Part shown: piece by piece, positions 1-10,682 of the stretch | Numbering within the stretch: position 1 is the first letter of the stretch | Layout: the number at the start of each line of letters is the position of its first letter | Origin: an uncultured Planctomycetaceae bacterium | Lineage (GTDB): Bacteria; Planctomycetota; Planctomycetia; Planctomycetales; Planctomycetaceae | Reading direction: 5' to 3' | NCBI GenBank assembly: GCA_963815195.1 | Contig: CAWFGE010000008.1 | Span: forward strand, 1 to 64,000 | Length of the DNA stretch: 64,000 nucleotides | The notes under the pieces: generated by a model | Told to the model about the DNA's origin: nothing | The model's input: only the letters and a program-made list of their open reading frames with translations | Databases searched by the model: none | Program-made: the position numbers and the translations under genes

Positions 1-3000
1 CGAACAATAATTAATGTCTGTCAACGCTTTTAAGGTAAAGGGGGCAAAATGCGAATAAAGCTTCGTTTATTCACATGCCTGGCGATCGGGATACTGCTGG
101 TCGTGGTGGTGATGCCGTTCAGTATCCTGCCTGTCGATGCGCAGGATACCTCTCAAGCTACTGACACCGCGTCGGGCGAGGAGATTGCACGGCCATCAGA
201 TCCGGGCGACGCCGGATCGGCGGTCGATCTGACCGGTGACGCTGAGGCAGGCGCGCAAATCTTTGTGGACAACTGCCAGAAGTGTCACGGCGAAGCTGGG
301 CAGAGTGGGGTGGATAATCCTGGCTCGGACGACGGCACTGTGCCACCGCTGAACCCCATTGACGAAACGCTCATCAACTCCGATCCACATACCTATGCGA
401 CCAATCTGGACCTGTTCATCGAACATGGCTGGACCCTTGAGGGCGATAGTCCGCAGCAGACGATGCCCGCCTGGGGTGATGAAGGCAAACTGACGCCGCA
501 GCAAATCGCGGATGCCATCGCCTACATCATGAGCCTCAATCCAGCTCCGGCGGCGGCGGAGATCGCGCGGCCATCAAATCCGGGTGACGACGGATGGCGG
601 TCGATCTGACGGGCGACGCCAGGCAGGCGCGCAAATCTTTGTGGACAACTGCCAGAAGTGTCACGGCGAAGCTGGGCAGAGTGGGGTGGATAATCCTGGC
701 TCGGACGACGGCACTGTGCCGCCGCTGAACCCCATTGACGAGACACTGATCAACTCCGATCCGCATACCTACGCGACCAATCTGGACCTGTTCATCGAAC
801 ATGGCTCGACCCCTGAGGGCGATAGTCCGCAGCAGACGATGCCCGCCTGGGGTGATGAAGGCAAACTAACGCCGCAGCAAATCGCGGATGCCATCGCCTA
901 CATCATGAGCCTCAATCCAGCTCCGGCGGCGGCGGAGATCGCGCGGCCATCGAATCCGGGTGATGCCGGATCGCGGTGGTCTGACGGGCGACGCCAAGGC
1001 AGGCGCGCAAATCTTTGTGGACAACTGCCAGAAGTGTCACGGCGAAGCTGGGCAGAGTCAGGTGGGTGCATCCTGGCTCGGACGACGGCACTGTGCCGCC
1101 GCTGAACCCCATTGACGAGACACTGATCAACTCCGATCCACATACCTATGCGACCAATCTGGACCTGTTCATCGAACATGGCTCGACCCCTGAGGGCGAT
1201 AGTCCGCAGCAGACGATGCCCGCCTGGGGTGATGAAGGCAAACTGACGCCGCAGCAAATCGCGGATGCCATCGCCGCGTACGTCGGAGCCTCGATCAGGA
1301 ACAATGACGAACCTTACGACAGCGGAACGTGACCACAGATAGAATCCGTGCGCACGTTCCGCAACTTTCCGAATTCGAACCATTGGTCTGCATGTTGCCT
1401 GGAATTTCGCTCAGGGCTACGTGTTTGGTTTCCCGGTTAGCGGGAGCGATGCCCATTTATCCTTGCTTGCCACCAAACAGGCGGGCCCAGACATTTGGAT
1501 GGGTGGTGCTTTTCGGCCAGAAGGTGGTTTACTGGTTCTAGTGGCAACACTCTTGGGCATGCTGCTAACCTATGCTTGGATACTGCAGGACGCGACACCG
1601 GGCCTCTGTACAAACTCGATTAGCAGAATACTCACTTTTGCAACCGAAAGATAGAAGCGCTTGATTGCAAATCGCAATTATTCGCATTTCTGTTTGGTTT
1701 ACGAGAATAGCTGATACCATGAAAACGCTCCACCATTACCCTGGGTGACTGTACACTCAAGGCAGCAGGGCAAAATATCAAAGAATTGCTGAAGGTGACG
1801 TGCTGGTCGGGACAGACAACCCCACCGACACGTTGGTGGTGCATTTGCCATTCTGTCTTGACTTCAAAATCGGGCCTTGTCGGTGCAGCCCCTTGATTTT
1901 TCGTTGATGACTTCTTCAACATACTGGACAAAAATCCTGACGCAACATAATCATCCGGGGGTTGATGCTTAAATCTGTTGCGTAAAGCTCGCTGAAACAT
2001 GGATGAGAACGAGATGAACGCGCCCCGGTAGCGCATTGATTCATTCGAATTCAATGCGGCGCGTTCATCTCGTTCTATCGATGTTTCAGCGAGCTTTACG
2101 CAACAAATTAAGTATATCCGCACTTATTATGTTGCGTCAGTTTTGTCCAGTATGTTGAAGAAGTCATCAACGAAAAATCGAGGGGCTGCACCGACAAGGC
2201 CCGATTTTGAAGTCAAGACAGAATGGCAAATGCACCACCGATTCTCAGTGGCCTGCTTGCGCGTGTCGACCAGCACGTCACCTTCAGCAATTCTTTGATA
2301 TTTTGCCCTGCTCCCTTGAGTGTACAGTCACCCCAGGGTAACGGCGGAGCACTTTCATGGTCTCACTTATTCTGAAACGAAACAGAGGCTGCGAATATTG
2401 GAAATTCGCGAAATCAAGCGCTTCTTATCTTCGGTCAAAAGTGAGTATTCTGCTAATAGAGTCTACAGAGGCCCGGTGTCGCGTCCGCAGTATCCAAGCA
2501 TAGGTTTAGCAGCAGTGCCAAGAGCATCTGCAGCTACAGAACCTAAACCACCTTCCACGCACCACCCATCCAAATGTCTGGGCCCGCCTGTTTGGTGGCA
2601 AGCAAGGATAAATGGGCATCGCTCCCGGCTAACCGGGAGAACCCGAACACGTAGCCCTGAGCGAAATTCCAGGCAACATGCGGAGCCAATGGCTCGAATT
2701 GGTTGCGGAACGTGCGCACGGATCGTCTTGTTGGTCACGTTCCCGGCTGTCGTAAGGTTCGTGATTGTTCTGATTGAGGCTGATGATGTAGGCGATGGCA
2801 TCCGCGATTTGCTGCAGTCAGTTGCTTCCGTCACCAGGCGGGACCATGGTCCTCTGCGGACTATCACCCTCGGGGTCGAGCCATGTTCCGATGAACAGTA
2901 GGATTGGTCGCGTGGTTGTGTGGATCGGAGTGGATCAGTGCGTCAATGGGGTTCAGCGGCGGCGCGTGCCGTCGTCCGAGCCGGGTTGTCCACCACTCTG

Positions 3001-4040
3001 CCCACTTCGCCGTGACGCTTCTGGCGGTCTCACAAAGTTTTGCGCGCCTGCCTCGGCATAGCCCGTCAGATCAACCGCCGATCCGGCGTCGCCCGGAATT
3101 CGATGGCCGCGCGATCTCCGCCACCGCGGAGCTGGATTGAGGCTCATGATGTAGGCGATGGCATCCGCGATTTGCTGCGGCGTCAGTTTGCCTTCGTCGC
3201 CAGGCGGGCATCGTGTGCCTGCGGACTATCGCCCTCGGGTCGAGCCATGTTCTAGGGTCCAGATTGGTCGCATAGTTAGATCAGAGAATGATCGTGTCTC
3301 GTCAATGGGGTTCAGCGGCGGCACGGTGCCGTCGTCCGAGCCAGGATTATCCACCCCACCCCTCTGCAGGCTTCGCCCGGTGACAGCTTCTGGCAGTTGT
3401 CCGCGAAGATTTGCGCGCCTGCCTCGGCGTCGCCCATTGGGAACTCGACCGCCGATCCGGCGTCACCCGTCGATAGGCACGATGCTCCACCGCCGCCGGA
3501 GCTGGATTGAGGCTCATAGTGTAGGCGATGGCGGTACCCGCGATTTGCTGCGGCGCTAGTTTGCCTTCATCACCCCACGGCATCGTCTGCTGCGGACTAT
3601 GGCCTGCGGGGTCGAGCCATGTTCGATGAACAGGTCCGTTGGTCGCGTGGTTATATGAGATGGAGTCGATGGGGGCCGCTGATGGGTCGCGGTGGAGCGC
3701 GCGCTGCCGTGGTCCAAGCCAGGGTATCCACCCCACTCTGCCCACTTTCGCCGTGACACTTCTGGCAGTTGTCGCAAAGATTTGCGCGCCTCTCAGCGTG
3801 GCCGGTAGATCGAGCCGCCGATCCGGCGTCGCCCGGATTTGATGGCCGTGCCATGTCCTCGGCCCGACGCGGTGTCGGTGAGCTAGAGGTATCCTGCGCA
3901 TGCGACAGGCGGGTCCCTGAACGGCATCACCACCACGACCAGCCGTATCCCAATCGCCAGGCATGTGGTAAACACGAGCCTTATTCGCATTTTGCCCCCT
4001 TTACCTTAAAAGCGTTGACAGACATTAATTATTGTTTTCG
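1..4040. other. Fold-back inverted duplication, probably a long-read artefact
   Basis: 1-27 is the near reverse complement of ~4012-4040; 1895-1950 mirrors 2127-2180; axis at gcattga..tcaatgc ~2033-2057; second arm is indel-rich. Confidence 0.9.
49..1332 (+). CDS. Secreted c-type cytochrome with three near-identical CxxCH domains, broken by apparent frameshift errors
   Basis: Signal peptide at 49; repeated units (CQKCH..GTVPPL..TMPAWG..LTPQQIADAIAY) spread over ORFs 49-609, 584-1105 and 1015-1332; tgccagaagtgtcac occurs three times. Confidence 0.75.
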
Positions 4041-4083
4041 CCAAGACAATTTTTGCGTCTACTTGGTTCAGTTGGTGCTTGCT
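4041..4083 (+). other. Nanopore ligation-adapter-like remnant at a chimeric junction
   Basis: ttttgcgtctacttggttcagttggtgcttgct resembles adapter TGTACTTCGTTCAGTTACGTATTGCT and lies exactly where the fold-back ends. Confidence 0.7.
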
Positions 4084-4109
4084 CCCACACATTTCCCGGG
4101 AGCATCACA

Positions 4110-4967
4110 ATGGCCAACTTGTCCAGCCTCATCGAACCCGATTGTGAGATTGAAGTCGTCGAATATCCCCCGAATTTCGTCGCCCCCGAGCCGGCGATCG
4201 AATTGGACGATCCGCCCCCCGGCGAATTGGGAACGCTCGATCTCGTGGAACTGATTCTCAAAAAGCCCACGGCGCTCCATCGATTGATCCGTCAACCCAA
4301 ACGGCAGCCGGGCTTCATCCCGAAGCTGTTGGGCGTCTCGCTTGCGGGATTCACATTTTTCGGCGTGGCGATGGCGCTGGTGTTCGCGGCGGCGGGGATC
4401 TGGCCGCAACTGACGCCGGTGGTCGAATGGCTCGACCAGCCGCAGGCGAGGTTAATTCAATTTGCGTCCCGCGGAGGGAGCCTTTCTTCGCCGTGGCTCG
4501 ATGGATCGGCGTTTTATCTGATCGCAGCTTATACCTGCGGATTGATCGCCGCCAGCGGGATTTGCCTGCCGAGCTTGTACTTTTACGGCCTGTTGGCGGG
4601 CGTGCGGATGTCGATGATGGACGTGGTCCTGCACACTCTCAAATCCAAAGCCACCGCCGCCGTCGCATTGGTGGGCATTCTGCCGATCTATGCGACATTA
4701 GCGCTCAGCACGTTAATCTTCGAAGTGCCCGCCCCGCTGGTGGAGTTGGTGTTTTATCTGGGATTGATCCTGCCGTTCATCGCGGGGCTCTGGGGCACGC
4801 GGTCTTTGTACGTGGGCCTGTCCACGTTCTGCGACACCCTGCCCGCAAACCGCCGGGCTCACCGGGAATGTTTTCTGAGACGGTTGGTGCTCTCCTGGTC
4901 GGCCATCTACACCGCGATCACGCCCGTGATGATTTTTACGCTCTGGGAACTCTTCGCAAGGAATTGA
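4110..4967 (+). CDS. Hypothetical multi-pass membrane protein
   Basis: About five hydrophobic segments; ATG 4110 chosen because the upstream extension runs into the adapter-like junction. Confidence 0.75.
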   Translation: MANLSSLIEPDCEIEVVEYPPNFVAPEPAIELDDPPPGELGTLDLVELILKKPTALHRLIRQPKRQPGFIPKLLGVSLAGFTFFGVAMALVFAAAGIWPQLTPVVEWLDQPQARLIQFASRGGSLSSPWLDGSAFYLIAAYTCGLIAASGICLPSLYFYGLLAGVRMSMMDVVLHTLKSKATAAVALVGILPIYATLALSTLIFEVPAPLVELVFYLGLILPFIAGLWGTRSLYVGLSTFCDTLPANRRAHRECFLRRLVLSWSAIYTAITPVMIFTLWELFARN

Positions 4968-5046
4968 CGGCCTGACGGATTGGTGATTCCGGTGAACCGG
5001 GGCTACGCCCTGCGGCTGATTTATTCTTTCTCAACGGGATTGATCC

Positions 5047-5451
5047 ATGAAAACCTGGCGAGAGATTTTCTGGAATTTGAGGCATCTGTTTCGGTCGCCC
5101 CTCCGCACCGAACCAACGCCGACTTCGGAAATCGCCTTGGCGGAAGAAATCGAAGCCATGCTGGACTTGATGCTCTACACCGCGACCCAAGCCGTTGCCC
5201 ATGCAAAGCGGCTGGAGCGGCAACTCGATCAACCGCAGCCGAACCAAGAATTGATGACCGTGCAGCGAGAAATCGAACACCTCCGGCATTGCATCGGGCG
5301 GCTTCAAAATTTACTCAAGGCCGCCCGCAGCCGGGCATCGCTGTCCGACGCGCGGATGGCTTACGCAGACGCGTCGCAACTCGCGAGGGACGTTTTCAAC
5401 CCTCGCGAATGGGAAGACTTGGAACAGGCTGTCTTTTCTAGAAACGATTAA
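5047..5451 (+). CDS. Hypothetical helical/coiled-coil protein
   Basis: 134-aa ORF co-oriented with neighbours, amphipathic helical pattern. Confidence 0.6.
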   Translation: MKTWREIFWNLRHLFRSPLRTEPTPTSEIALAEEIEAMLDLMLYTATQAVAHAKRLERQLDQPQPNQELMTVQREIEHLRHCIGRLQNLLKAARSRASLSDARMAYADASQLARDVFNPREWEDLEQAVFSRND

Positions 5452-5491
5452 ACATTCCTTATCCTGAGGGCGAATTCGCCGGGAGGGACCG

Positions 5492-6184
5492 ATGAGCTTC
5501 ACCGTGTCTTGTTTGTTTTACCTATTGATCGGCGGCGGCGTGGGCACGGCGCTGTTTCTGGACGACAAGCCGCTCAGCCTTGGCGAACGAATTTTTCGCA
5601 GCCTGTCCGGGATTCTATTTTGGCCGCTGTATCTGCCGCTGCTTTTGCAGCCCGCGGACCCGCCGGCTCCCACCGGTCCCTTCCACCAACCAAAGCCGGC
5701 CCCGAAGGATGAGTTGGGAACCGCCATCGCCCAGGTGGAGCGAGAACTCGAAGCGGCCCTGGGCAGTTTGGACGGCTGGGCGGAAATCGCCTTGGCGGAC
5801 GCATCCGAGCGGATCGATGAACTCCGCGCTGCGTGGGGAACTCAGGCGGAGCGGATTCGCGAACTCGATCATCTGCTCGCCCGCCCCGAGTTTTTGACCA
5901 AACCGCCTGTGGGCGAGGAATTCCTATCGGTGCGCTCGAACGGCAGCGAAGCCTCCCGGCGGGAGAACATCGCCCGGCTGCATCAGGTTCGAAAGCAAAT
6001 GCACGAGGACCTGATGGGGACGCTGGCCTGGGTGCGGGAATTGGTCACGATGATCCATCTCGCCAAATTCACCGGAGCCCCGGCGTCGCGTGCGGAAGAG
6101 CTCATCGCCCAAATCGCCGCCAGCGTGGAAGGTTTGACGGAAGTGACCGGGTGGAATCAAGACGCCGTCGTTTCTCACCAATGA
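5492..6184 (+). CDS. Hypothetical protein, N-terminal membrane anchor plus coiled coil
   Basis: GGGAGG RBS; two N-terminal hydrophobic segments (LFWPLYLP), then E/R/A-rich helices. Confidence 0.75.
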   Translation: MSFTVSCLFYLLIGGGVGTALFLDDKPLSLGERIFRSLSGILFWPLYLPLLLQPADPPAPTGPFHQPKPAPKDELGTAIAQVERELEAALGSLDGWAEIALADASERIDELRAAWGTQAERIRELDHLLARPEFLTKPPVGEEFLSVRSNGSEASRRENIARLHQVRKQMHEDLMGTLAWVRELVTMIHLAKFTGAPASRAEELIAQIAASVEGLTEVTGWNQDAVVSHQ

Positions 6185-6299
6185 TCGCCCCCCTCTTTTT
6201 CGATGCGCTCTTTTCCCGCGGATTCTGCGTGGTACACTGGCGGCTGACAAGCAATTTCAGTACTTCCAAAAAAGCTCAGGAAATTGGTTTGGTTTTCAA

Positions 6300-6369
6300 G
6301 AGCCGCGCACGAAGTAAGCGGTTTTCAGGGACTCAGACAACGCAAAACCGCTTACTTCGTGCGCGGCTC
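6300..6369. repeat. REP/REPIN-like palindrome, family A
   Basis: 26-bp perfect arms gagccgcgcacgaagtaagcggtttt / aaaaccgcttacttcgtgcgcggctc; same arms recur at 12227-12294. Confidence 0.85.
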
Positions 6370-6432
6370 AGGCCTTTTTGGAACGACTGAATTTATTTCC
6401 TTCCGTCAGCCAAGCACCCATGAGGATCGGCG

Positions 6433-7977
6433 ATGAGCGTGTATCTGGGCATCGATGTGGGCACCAGCGGGACCAAGACGCTGGCCATTCGCGAAGACGG
6501 GACGCTGCTCGCCTCGGCCACGGTGGAATATCCGCTCTCCACGCCCAAGCCCGGCTGGTCGGAGCAGGACCCGGAACACTGGTGGCAGGCCGCGATCAAA
6601 AGCGTGAGGCAGGTGCTGGCCCAGGGGAACATCGCCGCCGGCGACGTGGCAGGCATCGGCTTGAGCGGCCAGATGCACGGCAGCGTGTTTCTGAACAAAG
6701 ATCATCAAGTCATCCGCCCCGCCATCTTGTGGAACGACCAGCGCACGACGAAGGAATGCCGCGAGATTGAAGCGGCCGTCGGCGGCCGTTCGCAACTCAT
6801 CGAACTCGTGGCGAACCCGGCCCTCGAAGGGTTTACCGCTCCCAAAATTCTCTGGTTGCGAAAGCACGAGCCGGACAACTTTGAAAAAACGGTGCAGGTC
6901 CTCTTGCCCAAAGATTACGTGCGGTTTCGGCTGACGGGCGAGTTCGCCACGGAAGTCAGCGATGCTTCGGGGACCTTGCTTTTGGATGTCAAAAACCGCG
7001 CGTGGTCGAAGCCTTTGCTCGATAAGCTGGAGCTTTCCGAATCGCTGCTCCCGAAGGTTTATGAATCCGAAGAAGTCAGCGGCAAACTGACGGCCCAGGC
7101 GGCGGAACTGTTGGGACTCAAAGCCGGCGTCCCCGTGGTGGGCGGCGGCGGAGACCAGGCCGCGGGAGCCGTGGGCAACGGGATTGTGGAACAGGGAGCG
7201 ATCTCGGCGACGATGGGCACCAGCGGCGTCGTGTTCGCCCACAGCGACGAAGTCCAGATCGATCCCCACGGCAGCGTGCACACGTTCTGCCACGCCGTCC
7301 GCGGGAAGTGGCACGTGATGGGCGTGGTGCTCTCGGCGGGCGGGAGCCTGCAATGGTATCGCAACAAGCTCGCGTCCGCGGAAACGGCGGTCGCCGAGGC
7401 CTTGGGCGTCGATCCGTATCAGGTCATTTGCGACGAAGCCGCCGCGGCCCCGGTGGGCAGCGAAGGCCTGTTCTTTTTGCCGTACCTCACCGGCGAACGC
7501 ACGCCGCACTGCGATGCGAACGCCCGCGGGAGTTGGGTGGGATTGTCGCTTCGTCACGGCCGGGCGCACCTGGCCCGCGCGGTGATGGAAGGGGCGACTT
7601 ATGCTCTCCGCGATTGCCTGCGGATCATTCGTGAGATGCAGATTCCCGTCTCGGAAATTCGGCTTTCCGGAGGCGGGGCCCGCAGCGCGTTTTGGCGGCA
7701 GCTTCAGGCGGATATTTACGGGCAGGAAGTCGTCACGATCAATGCCGAGGAAGGCCCCGCGTTCGGCGTCGCGCTGTTGGCGGCGGTGGGCACCGGGGCT
7801 TATTCGAACATCCAGGAAGCCTGCCGGCGGACGATCAAAGTCGTCAACCGCGTCCCGCACGATGAGCGCTCGGCAAAGTTTTATAACGAGGCCTACCCGA
7901 TCTACCGGCAGCTTTATGATGCATTGAAAGCCGACTTCGCCCGGATCGCCGACTTGAACAACCGCTGGCACGCCTGA
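6433..7977 (+). CDS. xylB: Xylulokinase (FGGY family)
   Basis: [41 protein letters not shown]. Confidence 0.93.
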   Translation: MSVYLGIDVGTSGTKTLAIREDGTLLASATVEYPLSTPKPGWSEQDPEHWWQAAIKSVRQVLAQGNIAAGDVAGIGLSGQMHGSVFLNKDHQVIRPAILWNDQRTTKECREIEAAVGGRSQLIELVANPALEGFTAPKILWLRKHEPDNFEKTVQVLLPKDYVRFRLTGEFATEVSDASGTLLLDVKNRAWSKPLLDKLELSESLLPKVYESEEVSGKLTAQAAELLGLKAGVPVVGGGGDQAAGAVGNGIVEQGAISATMGTSGVVFAHSDEVQIDPHGSVHTFCHAVRGKWHVMGVVLSAGGSLQWYRNKLASAETAVAEALGVDPYQVICDEAAAAPVGSEGLFFLPYLTGERTPHCDANARGSWVGLSLRHGRAHLARAVMEGATYALRDCLRIIREMQIPVSEIRLSGGGARSAFWRQLQADIYGQEVVTINAEEGPAFGVALLAAVGTGAYSNIQEACRRTIKVVNRVPHDERSAKFYNEAYPIYRQLYDALKADFARIADLNNRWHA

Positions 7978-8005
7978 TTCCCTACTCGAGCAAGGACTTC
8001 TTTTG

Positions 8006-8959
8006 ATGGCGATTTATCTCACGGAAGACGATGTACGTGATGTGATCGATATGGAAACGTCCATCGCGGTCATCGAAAAGGCGTTCCACGCGCTCGCGGA
8101 CGGCCAGGCGGACAACGTCCCCCGCCGGCGGGCGAAGGCTCCGGGGATCATGCTGCACATGATGTCCGCCGCCGCCGAGTACCTCGGGCTCGTGGGCTGG
8201 AAGGCTTACACCACAACGCGGGAGGGAGCGCGGTTTCACGTGGGGCTGTACCGCGCGGACACCGGCGAGCTTGTCGCGTTGATCGAAGCCAACTACCTGG
8301 GCCAGTTGCGCACGGGGGCCGCGAGCGGCGTGGCGACGGAATACATGGCCCGGCCGGATTCGCGGATCGTGGGGCTGTTGGGTTCGGGACTTCAAGCCCG
8401 CACGCAGCTCAAGGCGGTATGCACGGTGCGGCCGATTGAGCGGGTGGACGTTTACAGCCGAAGCGCCGAGCGCTGCGAGCAGTTCGCCGAGGAGATGAGC
8501 GAATACTGCCGGACGGAAATCGTGCCGGTGCACAGCCCCGATGCCGCCGCCGCCGAGAAGGACATCGTGATCTGCGCCACGAACAGCAAGGTGCCCGTGT
8601 TCGACGGGCGGGTGCTGGAACTGGGCACGCATTTGAACGTGATGGGCTCCAACCATCTGGGCAAGGCCGAGATCGACGTGGCCACCGTGCAACTCGCGGA
8701 GCACATCGTCTGCGACAGCGTGGAGGCCTGCAAGATCGAGGCCGGCGATTTTGTGGAAGCGCTGAACCAAGGCGTGACCGATTGGCGGCGGATGCACGAT
8801 CTCGCGGACGTCGTCGCGGGCCGGCAAACCGGGCGGGCAACGCCTGACGATGTCACCCTGTTTAAGTCCGTCGGTTTGGCCGTCGAAGATGTCGCGCTGG
8901 CTGCGACAATTCTCCAGCGCGCCGAAGCCGAAGGCCTGGGCAAACCTCTGCCGTTTTAA
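8006..8959 (+). CDS. Ornithine cyclodeaminase / mu-crystallin family protein
   Basis: LRTGAASGVA, GSGLQA nucleotide-binding loop, FKSVGLAVEDVA. Confidence 0.9.
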   Translation: MAIYLTEDDVRDVIDMETSIAVIEKAFHALADGQADNVPRRRAKAPGIMLHMMSAAAEYLGLVGWKAYTTTREGARFHVGLYRADTGELVALIEANYLGQLRTGAASGVATEYMARPDSRIVGLLGSGLQARTQLKAVCTVRPIERVDVYSRSAERCEQFAEEMSEYCRTEIVPVHSPDAAAAEKDIVICATNSKVPVFDGRVLELGTHLNVMGSNHLGKAEIDVATVQLAEHIVCDSVEACKIEAGDFVEALNQGVTDWRRMHDLADVVAGRQTGRATPDDVTLFKSVGLAVEDVALAATILQRAEAEGLGKPLPF

Positions 8960-8993
8960 ATCAGGGTGCGAAATTTCGCGCGTTTTCTGGTGC

Positions 8994-9165
8994 AAATCCG
9001 AAGCACGAAATCCGAAATCCGAAACCAATGCAAAATCCCAAATCCGAATGTTCCAAACAAATCAACTTTCCATTTTTGAAGTGACCGGCTGTTCCGCAGT
9101 TTGGATCATTCATTGGAATTTCGGTCATTGGAATTTGTTTCGGATTTCGAGATTCGGATTTCGGT
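8994..9165. repeat. Heptamer (aaatccg-like) runs in inverted arrangement
   Basis: aaatccg/aagcacg units at 8994-9046 face cggattt/cgagatt units at ~9141-9163, between convergent genes. Confidence 0.75.
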
Positions 9166-9218
9166 ATTTCCCGCGCGGAATCGCGCACGTTGGTTTGATG
9201 GAGATGGAACGTGGCCGA

Positions 9219-9668
9219 TCACTCAATCCGCTCGCGGTTCTTCGCCAGGAACTCCTCGGCCCAATGATAGTGGCCTAAGAGTCCCGCGGTGTCCCGGCCG
9301 AGTTTGATATAAGCCGCGTAGATCGCTTCGATGGTCGCGAGTCCCGCGGCGGGATCTTCAAAGAGTTTGGACGCGCGGGGATAAGCCGTCTCCCACGCCG
9401 GCAAGCTGCGGACCGGCACATCGGCGAACTCGGCTTCCATTTTCTCCGCCCACCGCCAACTGCCGTCCAGCACCAACAGTCCCTTGTCGGCATCATCTTC
9501 TGACAGCAAAGGCCCGCCGATGCCCAGCCGCACGTAGCCTTCCAAAGACTCCGGCCCGCGGTTCGGAAAGTTCCAGAACACAAACCCCTCCCGCCCGCGC
9601 AAGGGTGCCACCGTGCATTTGCTGGCGCGTTCTTTGGGATGAACAACAAGAATCGTCGGCGGGGGCAT
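9219..9668 (-). CDS. Tsr3/DUF367-like (DTW-related) putative RNA aminocarboxypropyltransferase
   Basis: H..E..KCT N-terminus, LDGSW (cf. Tsr3 DCSW / DTW DxTW), RSLP, LATIEA, terminal Y.W.EEFL..N. Confidence 0.65.
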   Translation of the reverse strand: MPPPTILVVHPKERASKCTVAPLRGREGFVFWNFPNRGPESLEGYVRLGIGGPLLSEDDADKGLLVLDGSWRWAEKMEAEFADVPVRSLPAWETAYPRASKLFEDPAAGLATIEAIYAAYIKLGRDTAGLLGHYHWAEEFLAKNRERIE

Positions 9669-9817
9669 TGGCTTTCCGTGCATGGGTGTTTTTCTTCCGA
9701 TCAGACCGGGCACTCTCCGTTTTGACTTCTGCGGCGAACTTTTTCAATGCCCGATCCATTGACCCCAAGCCTATAATGCATTGAGCGACTTGGCAGTTGA
9801 TGGAAACGAGGAGCCGC

Positions 9818-10675
9818 ATGGCGAATTTCAGCAAACGCGTTCCCGAGAACGTGCCCGGCGATTTTTTTGTGGATGCGACCTGCATCGACTGCGATGCCTG
9901 TCGTCAAATCGCGCCCGGCGTGTTTGCGGAAGCCGCGGAAACATCCTATGTGAAAACCCAGCCCCAAAGCCCGGCGGACCGCAAACAGGCGGTTTATGCG
10001 CTTTTATCCTGCCCGACCGGATCGATCGGCCGCCGGGGCGAAGGCGATGTGAAATCGGCGATGGAGGATTTTCCGCTCCTCTTGGAGCCGCCCGTTTATT
10101 ACTGTGGATTCAACTCCCCCAAGTCGTTCGGGGGCAATAGCTATTTCGTAAAGCATCCCGCCGGCAACTGGCTGATCGATTCGCCGAAGTTCCAGAAAAC
10201 TTTGGTCAAGAACCTCGAAGCTCTGGGCGGAGTGTCCTACATCTTTTTGACGCACCGGGACGATGTCGCGGACGCCGACCGTTTCGCCCGGCATTTCGGA
10301 GCGAGGCGGATTATCGATCGGCGGGAATTGTTTTCCCAGCCCGATGCGGAGATCTTGCTGGAGGGAGACGAGCCGGCGGAATTGGCTCGGGATTTCCTGG
10401 CGATTCCCACGCCGGGCCACACCGAAGGGCATTGCTGTCTGCTGTTCGCCGGGCGGTTTCTGTTTACGGGCGATCATCTGTCGTGGAGCCGGGACCACGA
10501 ACAGCTGCGGGCGTCGCGGACCCATTGCTGGTATTCGTGGGCCGTTCAAAAAACCTCCATGAACCGCCTCGCCGATTACCGCTTCGAGTGGATTCTGCCG
10601 GGTCACGGCCAACGCAAACAACTTCCCGCCGACGAAATGAGCGACGCGGTCCGCGAACTCGTCCGCCGCATGTGA
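9818..10675 (+). CDS. MBL-fold metallo-hydrolase with N-terminal ferredoxin domain
   Basis: CIDCDAC...CP Fe-S motif; THRDD, PGHTEGH, FTGDH, LPGHG; GAGGAG RBS. Confidence 0.9.
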   Translation: MANFSKRVPENVPGDFFVDATCIDCDACRQIAPGVFAEAAETSYVKTQPQSPADRKQAVYALLSCPTGSIGRRGEGDVKSAMEDFPLLLEPPVYYCGFNSPKSFGGNSYFVKHPAGNWLIDSPKFQKTLVKNLEALGGVSYIFLTHRDDVADADRFARHFGARRIIDRRELFSQPDAEILLEGDEPAELARDFLAIPTPGHTEGHCCLLFAGRFLFTGDHLSWSRDHEQLRASRTHCWYSWAVQKTSMNRLADYRFEWILPGHGQRKQLPADEMSDAVRELVRRM

Positions 10676-10682
10676 GAAAACC

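Noticed and set aside
1421..1654. CPBP-family protease gene (W.GGAF.PEGGLL)
   Set aside because: Only a short C-terminal-like fragment in low-quality chimeric sequence; not called.
1950..2130. Hairpin telomere or protelomerase site at the palindrome axis
   Set aside because: Arms differ by many indels, an adapter-like sequence follows the second arm and no protelomerase is present; a read artefact explains it better.
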